NCBI GenBank assembly: GCA_965202585.1
Contig: OZ241826.1
Location: forward strand, 71,610,001-71,674,000
Origin: Thalia democratica
Lineage: Eukaryota
Reading direction: 5' to 3'
DNA length: 64,000 nt
Positions 1-11,091 of the stretch are shown here, piece after piece. Both the position numbers and the translations under genes were made by a program. The notes under the pieces were generated by a model. It had not been told where the DNA came from, searched no databases, and worked only from the letters and a program-made list of their open reading frames with translations. Positions within the stretch are counted from its first letter, which is position 1. Each line of letters opens with the position of its first letter.

Positions 1-586
1 AACCTACACAATATAATTTTCAATACAAACTATTCAGTACGAATGGATTTTGAAACTTATAAAAAAAAACAAAAGCTAAACTTGATATTTAGTTTAAGTA
101 CTTTAACAGGATTTATTAATTTTTTTTAGATATGATCTAAATCAACGTGAACATAAATACTTTAAAAAAAATTCGCTTTTAGGCTTTTACAAAGTTAAAG
201 TATTAAGATTAAAAAAATGTTTGAAACCTTTAACAAACTCACAAAGACAAATGTAACTACCACTTTTAAAAATTTAAATTAATTTTAAGAACTTCAATAT
301 ATAAAAAGTTAAACTATTTGTGAAGAAAGTTAGTTAGTGAGCAGTGAATCTTTTTTTTGTAAAACTTTATGAAACGATATTATGTACCAAAAGGGTATAA
401 TTAGTTTAAAACAGGGTTTTCAATATTGGGCGATATCGCCCTTTTTAAAAAAAATTTTTGGTACCAAGGGCGATAAATAGTAAGGAAACGCTAAAATAAA
501 TGAGTAATTGACTAATAAACTATTTAAGGGACGTTATGTAATGAAAAAGGGAAATTCTTTATTTAAATTTTATCGACTGGGAGATT

Positions 587-1320
587 CAGGGTTACCAAAG
601 GTTTTTAAGAAATTTCTTCCAGGTTTTCAAAAGAAAATTTTTTGGGTCTATTTTTAATATTAAAATAAGTTTAAGATAAAAACATTATCATAGTTAGTAT
701 AAAAACATAAAAAAGATAGTGTTAAGTTACTTTAAACGTGTTTTTAAAAATAGAAATTAATAATTACAAATTTTATTAATCTGTATGAAAGATATTTTGT
801 GCCAAACCGAAATTTTAGCACTTTACTTGTAAAAATTGTATAAAATTCCAGGTTTTTTATAGGTACAGGGGTGCCACTCGTTTTTTCAAAAGTTTTTCCA
901 GGTTTTCTTAAGTACACATTTTTGGGTCTATATTTAGTTTAAAGTTAAGTTTATGTAAGAAACTCTTTTCAATAGTAAAGACATTGAAAAGACACTGTAA
1001 AGCTACTTTAAATATGTTTTTTAATAAAAAAAGTTTTGATGATGATAATTTTTTTTTATTTATATGATAGATTTTTTGAGTTAAATTAAAATTTCACTAC
1101 TGAAAATGTGAAAATTGTTAAAACTCCAGGTTTTTTTTTGCCTAAATTGTTAAATTCCAGGTTTTTCCAGGATTCAAGGTAAAGTGGCAACCCTGTAGGT
1201 ATTATAGTGATTTTGGTTCCAAACTCAAGTTTTTTTAATTTTGCAAATTCTATACTTTTTCAGATATTTTTAGCTTAAATTGTTAAATTTCAGGTATTTC
1301 CAGGTTTTTTGGTAACCTTG
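587..1320. mobile_element. CAGGGTTGCCA-family MITE with 6-bp TSD (middle element of nest)
   Basis: TIRs CAGGGTTACCA / TGGTAACCTTG. Perfect 6-bp direct repeat GAGATT at 581-586 and 1321-1326. Internal sequence is homologous to the copies at 866, 3699 and 16811, with repeated subterminal TTCCAGGT motifs. Confidence 0.85.
866..1195. mobile_element. CAGGGTTGCCA-family MITE, 330 bp (innermost element of nest)
   Basis: TIRs CAGGGGTGCCA / TGGCAACCCTG. Perfect 6-bp TSD TAGGTA at 860-865 and 1196-1201. Confidence 0.85.
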
Positions 1321-1508
1321 GAGATTATGAAAATGAATTTGGGAAACCCTGGTTTAAATGTTGTAATTAGTGAGTATAAAAAAACACAGCTTTGCATATG
1401 GAAAAAATACAGATACTACAAAAAGAGCTTTTCTTTAATAATCTTTTTCTCAAAAAATCGCTCTAAAATGCACCTTTTGTTTCTTTTTGCACAAATAAAT
1501 AATAAAAA

Positions 1509-4500
1509 TCAGTTTGAACCGCTCTGCTGTTCCCTTCTGAACTTCTCGTCGCACTCCTGGATGAGCCTCTTTATGATGGTGGTGCAAGTTCCGGCATCGG
1601 GGATTATATACTTGTCGGTGGCCACTACCTCGATCTTCCTGCCCTCCGAGAACTCCGTCATGTCGCTCATCTGCTGGGAATCCCCGAACCTGAACGTGAT
1701 CAGTTCGGGGAAGGACTTCTTGGAGGTGATCCTCACCACCGCCCTCAGCGTCCTGCCCTCCATCGCCCTAACTCGTATCACTTTGGGGGGATTTCCTTTG
1801 TTGGTGCGCGGGTCGACTTCCAGCAGGCAGGTCATGGTTGTCGGAGACAAATGTAAATGGGCGTGCATCAGCTGCCCGTCGCCCCGCACCCACTGGCACT
1901 CGAAGCAGTGGCGCGTGTCGGACCTGCGTTGCCATGACGCCAGGCTGGCGACCTGGTGCGACTCGTCGTCGGCGTCGTTTCCGTCATCGGAAGACGATTC
2001 GTCGCCGCCGATGCTGAACGGGTCGTTAGAGTCATGTGACGTCACTTGCTTGCTGGTGGATGGCCTGTGAATTAGTTTAGATTTTTTATATCATATCAAA
2101 AAGTCGGATGTTTTATAATAATTAAAAAAGATTTTTCCAAAATCCTTTATTCTTTTAATTAGGATAATTTAATTGTTATAAAATAAAAATGAAACTTAAA
2201 ATTAATAAATTCTGTTTAATAAATAAACCTTCCGGATTGATCCCATTCTTCCTCTGTGTTCTCAATTAGCTTGCTCATTTTTTCCTTCAGGTTAAATTTC
2301 TTCCAACCGACAGATAACTTATTCATAAAATTTGACTTTTTGTCTCCCTTTTGCAAATTTTCTAACAAGTTTGAGTTAATTTAAATCTAATTTTTAAATG
2401 TTAAAAAGATACACACTCTAGTTGAGTATTTTTATGTTTTTTAAACTTATAAAAAGAAGTGAAAACTATTCATTACCAAAGTAAGTAATTTATTCATATA
2501 ATGTACACATTTATCAAGTTTTTACACCTGTTAAGATGTTAAAAATAATTAGAATACCAATAAGATAAATACTTAAAACACCACTAATGCTTAGTAAACA
2601 CAAATTACTTTTTTCCTCTGAATTCCGTGATCCGACGATCCAATCTGAGATGTCGATGTCTTTGACGTCGTGGAAATACTCCATGAGGGACTTGTACCCT
2701 CCCGATACCACGCTGATGTAGTTCTTCCTCTTCTGAAGAAGATTGGCGACCACCATGAACATGTACTGATCTTCAATCGCGCTTCCGCTTCCTATTCAAC
2801 GTAAACTTTTTAAAGCTAAATAACAAAGTAAAAGTATTTTTATTGAAATGTGCATAGTATAAGGTTTTAACGTTTGTCTTGATTTGTAAAATTGTTTATA
2901 TCTTCAATTGAAAAAGTTTATCAGTGATAAACTAATAGCACTGTTTAAGGAAGTTTCGTATAGATGCACGATATACAGAATGAACTTTTTTTTGTAAATT
3001 TCTTTTAGGATTTCTAGTTTTATTCCAAGTTTTTTAGAAAACAAGTTTGCTTGTCCCTTTTTAGTAGAAAACTAAATTTAAGGTAAATAGAGTGTTTTCG
3101 ATACTTTTAAATGAGTAAAAGGGTTCCGTACTGCTTTTTAAAATGCGCTTTACTTCATTGCAACCTGTAATAGTTTTTCAATCAAGTTCGCAAAGTCCTT
3201 TGTATAAGATTGTTTCAGAGTAGGTGTGGGCCAAACTTGTAATAATCACTGTGTATAGTGTTATAAAATCCCCGGTAACAGGACTTAAGTTATTATTTTA
3301 ATTAACTGAAATTCTACTGCCGGAAAATTTTTAACACGGTGCCTTAATTTTAAATGACTTGCTTTATATAAACCACATTCCAGTGGTTTTTAGAAATTGC
3401 TTTTTTAAAAGGAAAAGCCTACATAGTCGGTGGTTAATTTTCACATTTTTTGCTACTAATATTACAGAAGTGATGTATTAAACACTTGCGGGTTTTATAA
3501 TATTACGTCACTATGATCAAGCTTTTACTTATGACGCCATAAAAATTAAATGCTTTTAAGTGTTTGATATTTTTCTAATATCAAAACTAAAAAACTGGAT
3601 AGTAAATTATGGAGAAAAAATACTCTATGCATTATTGTATTTCTAAACTAAGGTCATAGGTATCTGATATTTTCAAAAAATAACAGTGGCTTTTACATCA
3701 GGGTTGCTAAATGTTTTGAGAAATTTATTCCAGGTTTTATGACTTTTTCAAGATTTTGAAAGTACAGTGCTTATTTTTTATCCGGACACGTTGGGCAATA
3801 TTTTTCTGTAAACATGTCCGGATAACCAATATTCCGGATAAATACAAAAAACTAAATTTTCATATAATAATATAACTGCTGCATTTAAGAGAAAATGTAA
3901 GTTTAGTTTTTCTTTGAAAACAAAAAATAATGTAAAACTATCTCTCTAAAAAAAAAAAAAATCTAAATAAAGAAAAAAAATAGACATAAAGAAAAACAAA
4001 AAACTTTGACTAAGTTTAAAGTTAATTTAACAGAAACATATCACTCCTAACAAACTAGTTTTTAATGGAAGTTTTACTAAAATAAGATAAAATAGAAGTT
4101 TGTTATATAATTTTTTCACGTTTTTCAGCAGAACACTCACAGAATTCAATAAGTTGTGAAACTTTTTCTGGTGTGACTTCTGGCTGACAGCGATAATAAT
4201 TTAGTTACCAATAAAAAACACTTCGAAAGTTTAAATAAAAAACTAAAAGTTATGTTTTAAATAGCATTGTTTTAAAAATTTCCAAACTGACTTACTTTAC
4301 ATGCAAAGGTTTTTGATAAATAAACTAAGTTTCAACAAAAATAGAATGTAATCTTTAGTATTATTAATTATTACATCATAGAAATGAACAAAATTGTAGA
4401 ATTTATAAAATAACTTAAAATTTTCTTACAGCATGAAAGCTTAAATGTTTGTATCATACAAAAATTTTAGTGTCTAATATTGAAAATTGTTTGAATTTTC

Positions 4501-7500
4501 TTCTGACCGAGGCTGTCCGGATAAGTGAAGTCCGGATAAGTGAATAAGCACAGTACACGTTTTTAGGTATATTTTTAGCTTAAAATCAAGTTTAAGGTAA
4601 AAAACTGTCTCCTATAGTATAACAAAATTGAAAAGATAGTGTAAAACTACATTAAATCTGTTAAAAAAAATTGATGATGACAGTTTTTTATCTATATGAT
4701 AGGTTTCTTGTGTCAAACTGTAATTTACTACTTAAAATGTAAAAATTTTCGAAAATTTCAGGTTTCTTAATTTATTTTAGCCTAAATTGTAAGATTCCAG
4801 GCAACCCTGTTATATGTATAATTAAAATAATTACAGAATTAAAATAAATAATTATTCAATGAGTTTTTATAGTGTATAAAAGTTTAAATTAAATTTTGTA
4901 AAAAAGTTTATTAGAAATATATGGATCTCAACATTTTTATTCTAAATTTTCTTAGAATTTTGAAAGTTTACTATAAATATAACTAATGTTCTACATTATG
5001 AGCTAGAGATTTCAGGTATTCAAGAAATGTTACTTAAGTAATTTTTAAAACATGACAAATTTTAAACTAAAATAATCTTATACTTGAAACAAGGAACTTT
5101 TAATTTAAAAGAGTTTTTAAAATTTCATTAAAAAAAATGTTAAACGAGCCTTAGAAATCATAAAAATATTGTTGAAAAATAAATTAGAACATAGATAATA
5201 TGTAAAATAGTCTTCTTTTACATATAAGTTTGTACTTTCTATAAATAATTTAGAAAAATGTCCTGCTTTGATCTCTTAAATCTCAAAAAATACTTTGAAA
5301 TTGGTAAAAAATTCTGACAGTTTTGACTCACAAAATAAAATCAACTTGTAAAAGACAATAGCGCCTTGATTTTTATTTCATTAAAATACTTTGATTTCGA
5401 TTTCATATTAGTATAATATAAAACAACCTAACTATTTTACGAACAAACTGAAAGTAAAGTTTAAATTTTAACAAAGACATAAAATACTGTTGCTTCAGTT
5501 TAGGTGCAACCAGTACAAAGTAGAAAAATAAAAGAAGTGTCATAATTGGACCGAACGGGATTTTTTTTATGCTCCAAGTATTTCATTAGTTATAGAAGTT
5601 TGATATTAAAATTAAGTTGTTTCTAAAATAAAATTTCTAACAAACAACTTAAGTTCTAATAAAAATTATGGTAGGATTAATAAAACTATTTCGGATTAGA
5701 CAAAACACTCATGAAAAACCTCTAATCAACCTGATTAAAAAACATCCAAAAGGCTATAACATCTTTTAAAAAACTTTAAACTATACTGAATTAATAGCAA
5801 TCTTGTAATAAAATAGCTTAATATATACTTAAAAATTGGTACTATTAAATAGTGGGTAAATGAAAAAAATATAAAATTGTGTTTTAAAAACTTATAAACA
5901 TGTGTTTTAATTGTTTTTTAATTACAAGACATGATAGAAGAGATAATTAAATTACTTTATAACATGACTTTACACACTTCACTAAAAAGAAAAGATATTT
6001 AAATACTCAGCAATAATAAGTTTTTTGTAAAATTTTCAAACACTAGTATAAGTTTTATATGTTGGTAACAACCATTTCTATCTGATGCTATTAATAAAAT
6101 TCAATTGATTTTTTTTCTATGTACTATTTATTTCATAAGATATATTGGTTCATAGCAATATCAAGTTAAGTAATTTTACAGCTTCTGTAACTTTTCTGTT
6201 TGTTAATTTTAGAAGTAATTCAATTGAAAAAGTGTTTGATTGTGTTTATTGACAGGTTTTTATTCATTATTAAAACAGTTAAGTTCATGCATCATAATTA
6301 TTAATAACAATTTATCTAATACTATTAGAAAATATTATTATCTTTTTTTAAAACTTTTTAATTCAATTCATTCAACAGTAATAAAAATGTATCAAACCGA
6401 TGAAGCAGAGGTGCTGTCCACCGGCGGACGACCCGGACTTGATCGCTTGTTCCTGCGCGGCGAACAGGGAGGTGAGGGCCTCGTCGAACTCATCAGGCTC
6501 GCTCAGCATGAGCGTGGCGTCCAAGTGGAACGCGGTCAGCAGGTGCTCCTCGTTGTACCTGTTGTTTGGAAACTTCCAATCACTAGCAGTTCATTAACAA
6601 GCATACTTTGATGTTTTTTTAGTAACCGAAATCAAACGGTCAAAAGTGTGTTGATAATTTTGCTTGAACAGTTTAAACTTTAAATGAGTGCATTAAATAA
6701 GTTGTAAAAATAGAAAATTACAAACTTGTCAGCAGGCCTGCAATCCACGAGAAAATATCTTATTTGTGTTTCCTCCTCTTCTTCCAAGTCGTCTTGAGGC
6801 TGGCTTGATAGCAACAGCTCGGGTATTGAAATCTGGTATTTGTAAGATTTTCTTAAAATAAACTAGATCAATATTTTTTAATGATTCTTTTAACTTTATA
6901 TACTTTTACTTTTTTACAAACAAAAATATTACTTTCAAATATTTTAGTAACAAACCATATAACTAAGAAGCTAGTGTTACATGCTCCAACAACTTTGTGA
7001 TATTTTAACTACATTTATTTTAATCAACATTGCTTCATAAGTTAAACTAATATCTACAGGTATTGAAAAAATTTAAGATCATCAGCAAACTCAACCACAA
7101 AACTAAGACAAAGTTTCAAGTTACTCACATTGAAGCAGAATGAATTTTTCAGCTCTGAAGCGACTTCGTTCAACTTGGAAGAGGAAGTGATCATGGCCCG
7201 GCTGTAGAAGCAGGCTGCCAGGTCGCGCTTGAACGAGGACGGGGTCCGGTCGCTGTAGTAGGACGCCAGCTGGCAGAAGTCGTCCACGTCCCCGGGGCTC
7301 AACACCGACGGCGCTGTTTGCAATATTTTCACCGTTTCGTCGCGGTCCGGCAGCTCTCCGCTGGTTACTATCTGATTAATTAAAGTTTGTTTTAAACTAA
7401 AATAACAAGTAAAAAAAATACTCAATTAAAAATATTTTAATATACTTTATTGCTTGTAAGAAGTTTAAGTTTCTGTCAATAAAACGAACATACACTTTAT

Positions 7501-10500
7501 CATATAAGTCTTACAACATTATTCAGGAAAAAATAAATAAAGTTAATAAGAACTCATAAGTTAATAACTTCACAAACGTTTTTTTTTCAACCAAATAATG
7601 GTGATATCAAAAAATACTTACTTGCTCTTTTGCATTTACAAGGATCACGAGGCTCAGGAAGAATATGAAAAACGGATCGGAACGCTGAAAGTAGATGTCC
7701 CACAGCGCGCAGCACACCTTGTGGCTGCAAACGGCCGTGAACAAGCTGGAAAACCACGTCTTTGTGAAATCTTCCGGCGTTATCTTGCACGTGTCCAAAA
7801 AATTGCACAGCTCGGGGTCGTGATAGAGCAGGAGGAGCCTCAACAAGTTGTACGGCGCCTCGGTGACCTGGGGGGACAGGTCGGTGCGCGGGACGAACCT
7901 GGACTGGATGGCGTAGAAGCAGTTGTAGAGGGAAGTGCAGTCCAGTCCCATGCGCACGAGCACTGAAAGCACGTTCATGCATTCGGAATCGGGCTTGTAC
8001 TTGACGGCCCTGGACTTGCAGTAGAACGTCACCACCGATATCGCGTCTTCCAAGCACTGCTCCTTGTTCAGCTCGCATCCGGAGTCCACGAGGTCTTCCA
8101 CAAGCCGCTTGCAGTCCGAATTTATTGTTTCCTGCTCCTGCAAGTCCAGTTTTTTGTCCCAGGACAGCATGGAGTTGTTCCGGTTGTTGATGTTGAGGCA
8201 CAGCTTCCAAACTTGCAGTCTATTAAAATCAAAACAAATTTATTTCTAAAATAGACATATCAAAGCTAATACAAATAATAAGTCTAGTAATAAAGTTAGT
8301 AATAACGTAGATATACATAATATTTTTAATTATACTAATCATATTAATAATAACAGTAATAATATAAATAATAATTCTAATAGTAGTGATAATAACAGTA
8401 GTAATGATGATAATCCTAATAATGGTAATTTTAATTATGGTAACCATAATGTAAAACATATTTAAACTTTAAACATTAAAGATATAAGCTGTAATGATAA
8501 TTTAAATATTAATGATAATGAAAATATTCATATCAATAGTACTAATAATAGTGTAGATTATAATAATCAACGTATAACTAGAAGTATTTCTAAAATTATA
8601 AATGAAAACTTAGAACAAGTAAGTGATAATAGCGCTAAAAGTATAAGTAAAATGCATAACAATAAAACTATAAATAAATATTCAAAACCAACTAAGCCTA
8701 ATAGTGATAAGTTAAGTAATATGCCTAAAATATGTAATTGCCGTAAAATAAATAAAGATAACTGCCCATTAAAAGGTAATCGTTTAATTTAAAATGTAAT
8801 TTATAAAGTTAAAGTTGAAAGTAAGGGCCCAGATAAAATTTATATCGGAAGTACAGCAGGCAGTTTCAAGGATAGATATGCTAACCATAAACATACTTTT
8901 AAAAATATAAATAAAAAACAAAGCACACGTTTATCGGATTATGTCTGGACCTTTTTTCACAGGTACGGTAAAAGGCCAAACATGGAGTGGAGTATTGTTT
9001 CAAAGATCAAACATGCATCCAACGGAGTAAGTAGAATTTGCCCAACTTGCAATACAGAAAGAGCAGTAATTGCAGCAGAAGATAAAGACCTACTTCTGAA
9101 TAAACGGCAAGATTTATCGAATATTTGTCCCCACAACCAACGATTCTACTTTAAATAACTATGTCTACTTATGCACTTATTTATTTCACAATATCCACAT
9201 TTACAATCACAAACACTTGCAAATTTAATACTTCATGTTTTTAAGCTGCATAAATTATTGATCAATCTGTTAAATTTATTATGACGTAACGTTTCTGCAC
9301 AACTCAATTTAATTTTCTTTTTAAAAACTTGCCTACACTTAAAGCTTTTTGAGATTAGTGTTTGCTTTTATTAAATTTGTATTTTTGTAGACAATTTTAT
9401 AGTTTTATGTTTTTATTCCACATAAACACCATACATAATTATACATGCTTTTTTTCTAGTGTGTGTTAATATTTTATAGACTCCGTAGATCTGTTCTTAA
9501 ATTTATTTGAGAGCAGTGAAACGCCGTTAGTCGGAATAAAGTTTTAACACAAAAACATCTGTGGTATATATTCCGATGAGCTTAGCTTATCAGGATCTCC
9601 AGGATTTAACGCCTTTTAACGTTACATCTTATACATATATTGATAGATTTATAATTTGTAGTAATTAGTTTATAATAATAAGTATTTACAAGATCTAAAT
9701 AAACATAACTGAACACCATAATGCTAATACTATAGCACATCGTTTGTGTTCAAGCACTACAAATACTTCTCCAGTTAGAATCTACTAGATTTAATTACAA
9801 TTTTAGCAAACTATCATGACATCAGTAATGTAAACGCAACTTTATATACTAAAAGACATTTTTTTTATAAAGCAAACACTTTATTTGGTATAACTATTTT
9901 GAAAACAATTTCAGATGAAAAAAATAGTAGTTAAAAATATAACTTTTATTAATAATTTTATTTAAACTTTTTTTCTTCTGAAGACATTTAAAAAAATTAA
10001 TGTTTAAACTGAAAGTATACCTGAAAAACAGTTTCCAAAGTATTGTTCATATGGGTAGCTGTCAAATTTGCACGAAGACAATTTTTCACGATTGAATTTT
10101 TTAAATTTAATTAAGTTTTTTTTTATATATTTTACTATCACTGTTACCCCTAACCCTTACCCTTGGTGAGTAACTTTAAAAAATTTTTTTTTTATTACTG
10201 TTAGCCTCCGTTGGTAGCTTTTTTTTTTACTTAATTTATTGTTATTTATCCATTTTTCTAGTTTTTTTTTTTATAATTATTTTCATTAGTCATTTTTACT
10301 ATCACTGTTACCCCTAACCCTTACCCTCGGCCAGTAACATTTTTTTTAAAACTAAATCATCTTTTAGTTTTTTATTTCTGTTTTTATTTTCGTTCTCATG
10401 CAAAAATGACCCTCTGTGCAAAATTGTAACTAGTGCAAATTTGACCCTTGGTGCAAAATTGTCTTCGTGCAATTTTGACCCGTTTACGTTCATATACATA

Positions 10501-11091
10501 CATTTTTCAAATATAATATACAGTAAACAAAATATATACTCAATTTTACTTTAAACATGTTTACTGACTGAAATATAACAGTATTTGAAGCACATACACA
10601 CTAAAAAAACTTGACTAAATTAGTTTAAAATAGGAAGTATACTACAGGATAAACTAAAAATATAAAAATAACTGACAAGACACAACAAAAACTTAAACCA
10701 AACAGAAAAATAAAAGTTAAACAGCGTGCTATATTTTACTAAAAATAACTGCAACAATAATAACAAAAAAATACCTATACTGATCAGGCACAACTCTAAA
10801 CTTGCAAATGGACTTGACTATTCCGTGGTCAACGTAATCACCATTGAGGGCGTTATCGAGCTCATCGTGCCACAGGAAAGACTCAAAATTTCCTTCCTCC
10901 TCATTGAAGCTTTCTGCATCATCAATGTTGGCTGAAAAGTTCTCACTTTCGGGCTTGTTGGTTTCATCTTCAGCGAAATCTTCCCCTTCGTCACCTTCTG
11001 TTGTGTCATCGATGACAAACTCGTTCAAATCATTGGAGAGCTCCGACGCTATTTCAGACACTATCACAGCATCCGAGTCTGTTTCATCCAT
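1509..11091 (-). CDS. TBC1D23: TBC1 domain family member 23 (TBC, rhodanese-like and C-terminal PH-like domains), about 765 aa. Exons: complement(join(1509..2064,2229..2361,2609..2791,6398..6558,6726..6832,7129..7371,7622..8219,10775..11091))
   Basis: Translation matches remembered TBC1D23 motifs: LQVWK, VTFYCKSR, LYNCFYAI, LLLYHDPELCNFLD, DPFFIFFLSLVILVNAKE, FLVDCRP, AFHLD, HLCFIGSG, VSGGY, RITSKKSFPELITFRFG, YIIPDAG. All seven introns are GT-AG with consistent phases; total 2298 nt. Confidence 0.95.
3699..4809. mobile_element. CAGGGTTGCCA-family MITE in TBC1D23 intron 5, interrupted by a second MITE
   Basis: TIRs CAGGGTTGCTA / GGCAACCCTG. Flanks TTACAT and TTATAT (5/6-matching 6-bp TSD). 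After removing 3765-4553 the remainder aligns with the copies at 866 and 16811. Confidence 0.8.
3765..4553. mobile_element. Tc1/mariner/pogo-like non-autonomous element
   Basis: TA|CAGTGCTTATTTTTTATCCGGAC ... GTCCGGATAAGTGAATAAGCACAG|TA, with repeated TCCGGATAA subterminal motifs. Inserted at the TA of the host MITE motif AAAGTACAC. Confidence 0.75.
8250..9155 (+). pseudogene. Disabled GIY-YIG endonuclease ORF with Asn-rich N-terminal extension
   Basis: A single frame runs 8250-9155 with in-frame TAA stops at 8463 and 8790. A usually conserved Cys (CPLxGxC) reads as Arg (CGT). Absent from the ORF track because of the stops. Confidence 0.8.
9473..9540 (+). ncRNA. Candidate type I hammerhead-like ribozyme with variant core
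   Basis: Stem I GACT(9479-82)/AGTC(9529-32) plus TTTAT/ATAAA. Core CCGTAGA (canonical CUGANGA). 11-bp stem II 9491-9501/9506-9516, then GAAAC, minimal stem III ACG-C-CGT and a GTT triplet. Lies at the 3' end of a PLE, where hammerheads are known to occur. Confidence 0.45.
10053..10487. mobile_element. Foldback/MULE-like MITE with 8-bp TSD and internal telomere-like motifs
   Basis: TIR GTCAAATTTGCACGAAGACAATTTT / AAAATTGTCTTCGTGCAATTTTGAC. Perfect TSD GTTCATAT (10045-10052, 10488-10495). 33-nt internal direct repeat containing CCCTAACCCTTACCCT at about 10131 and 10295. Confidence 0.8.

Larger units (their letters stand above)
412..1351. mobile_element. hAT-like MITE (outermost element of a 3-level nest)
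   Basis: TIRs CAGGGTTTTCAA (412) / TGGGAAACCCTG (ends 1351). Flanks GTTTAAAA (404-411) and GTTTAAAT (1352-1359) form a 7/8-matching 8-bp TSD typical of hAT. Internal GGGCGATATCGCCC palindrome. No ORF. Confidence 0.8.
8250..9540 (+). mobile_element. 5'-truncated Penelope-like retroelement (Neptune-like GIY-YIG end plus 3' region), antisense in TBC1D23 intron 1
   Basis: The reading frame encodes CNCRKINKDNCPLKGN, VIYKVKVESKGPDKIYIG, FKDRYANHKHTF, STRLSDYVW, ICPTCNTE and LLNKRQDLSNICPH, the hallmark PLE endonuclease with CCHH motif. A hammerhead-like fold and AATAAA follow. No RT is visible. Confidence 0.85.

Noticed and set aside
1309-2070. 253-aa plus-strand ORF, and similar ORFs at 6240-6611, 7598-7966, 7587-8210, 10844-11110, 57843-58145 and 58878-59174
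   Set aside because: Antisense or alternate-frame shadows of GC-rich exons of TBC1D23 and the LRR gene; no independent motifs.
8229-8459. Ile-rich 76-aa minus-strand ORF resembling a membrane peptide
   Set aside because: It is the reverse complement of the AAT-rich tract belonging to the plus-strand PLE frame.
9571-9620. Second hammerhead-like core CCGATGAG
   Set aside because: No downstream GAAA or stem III, so no complete fold can be drawn; kept only as supporting context.
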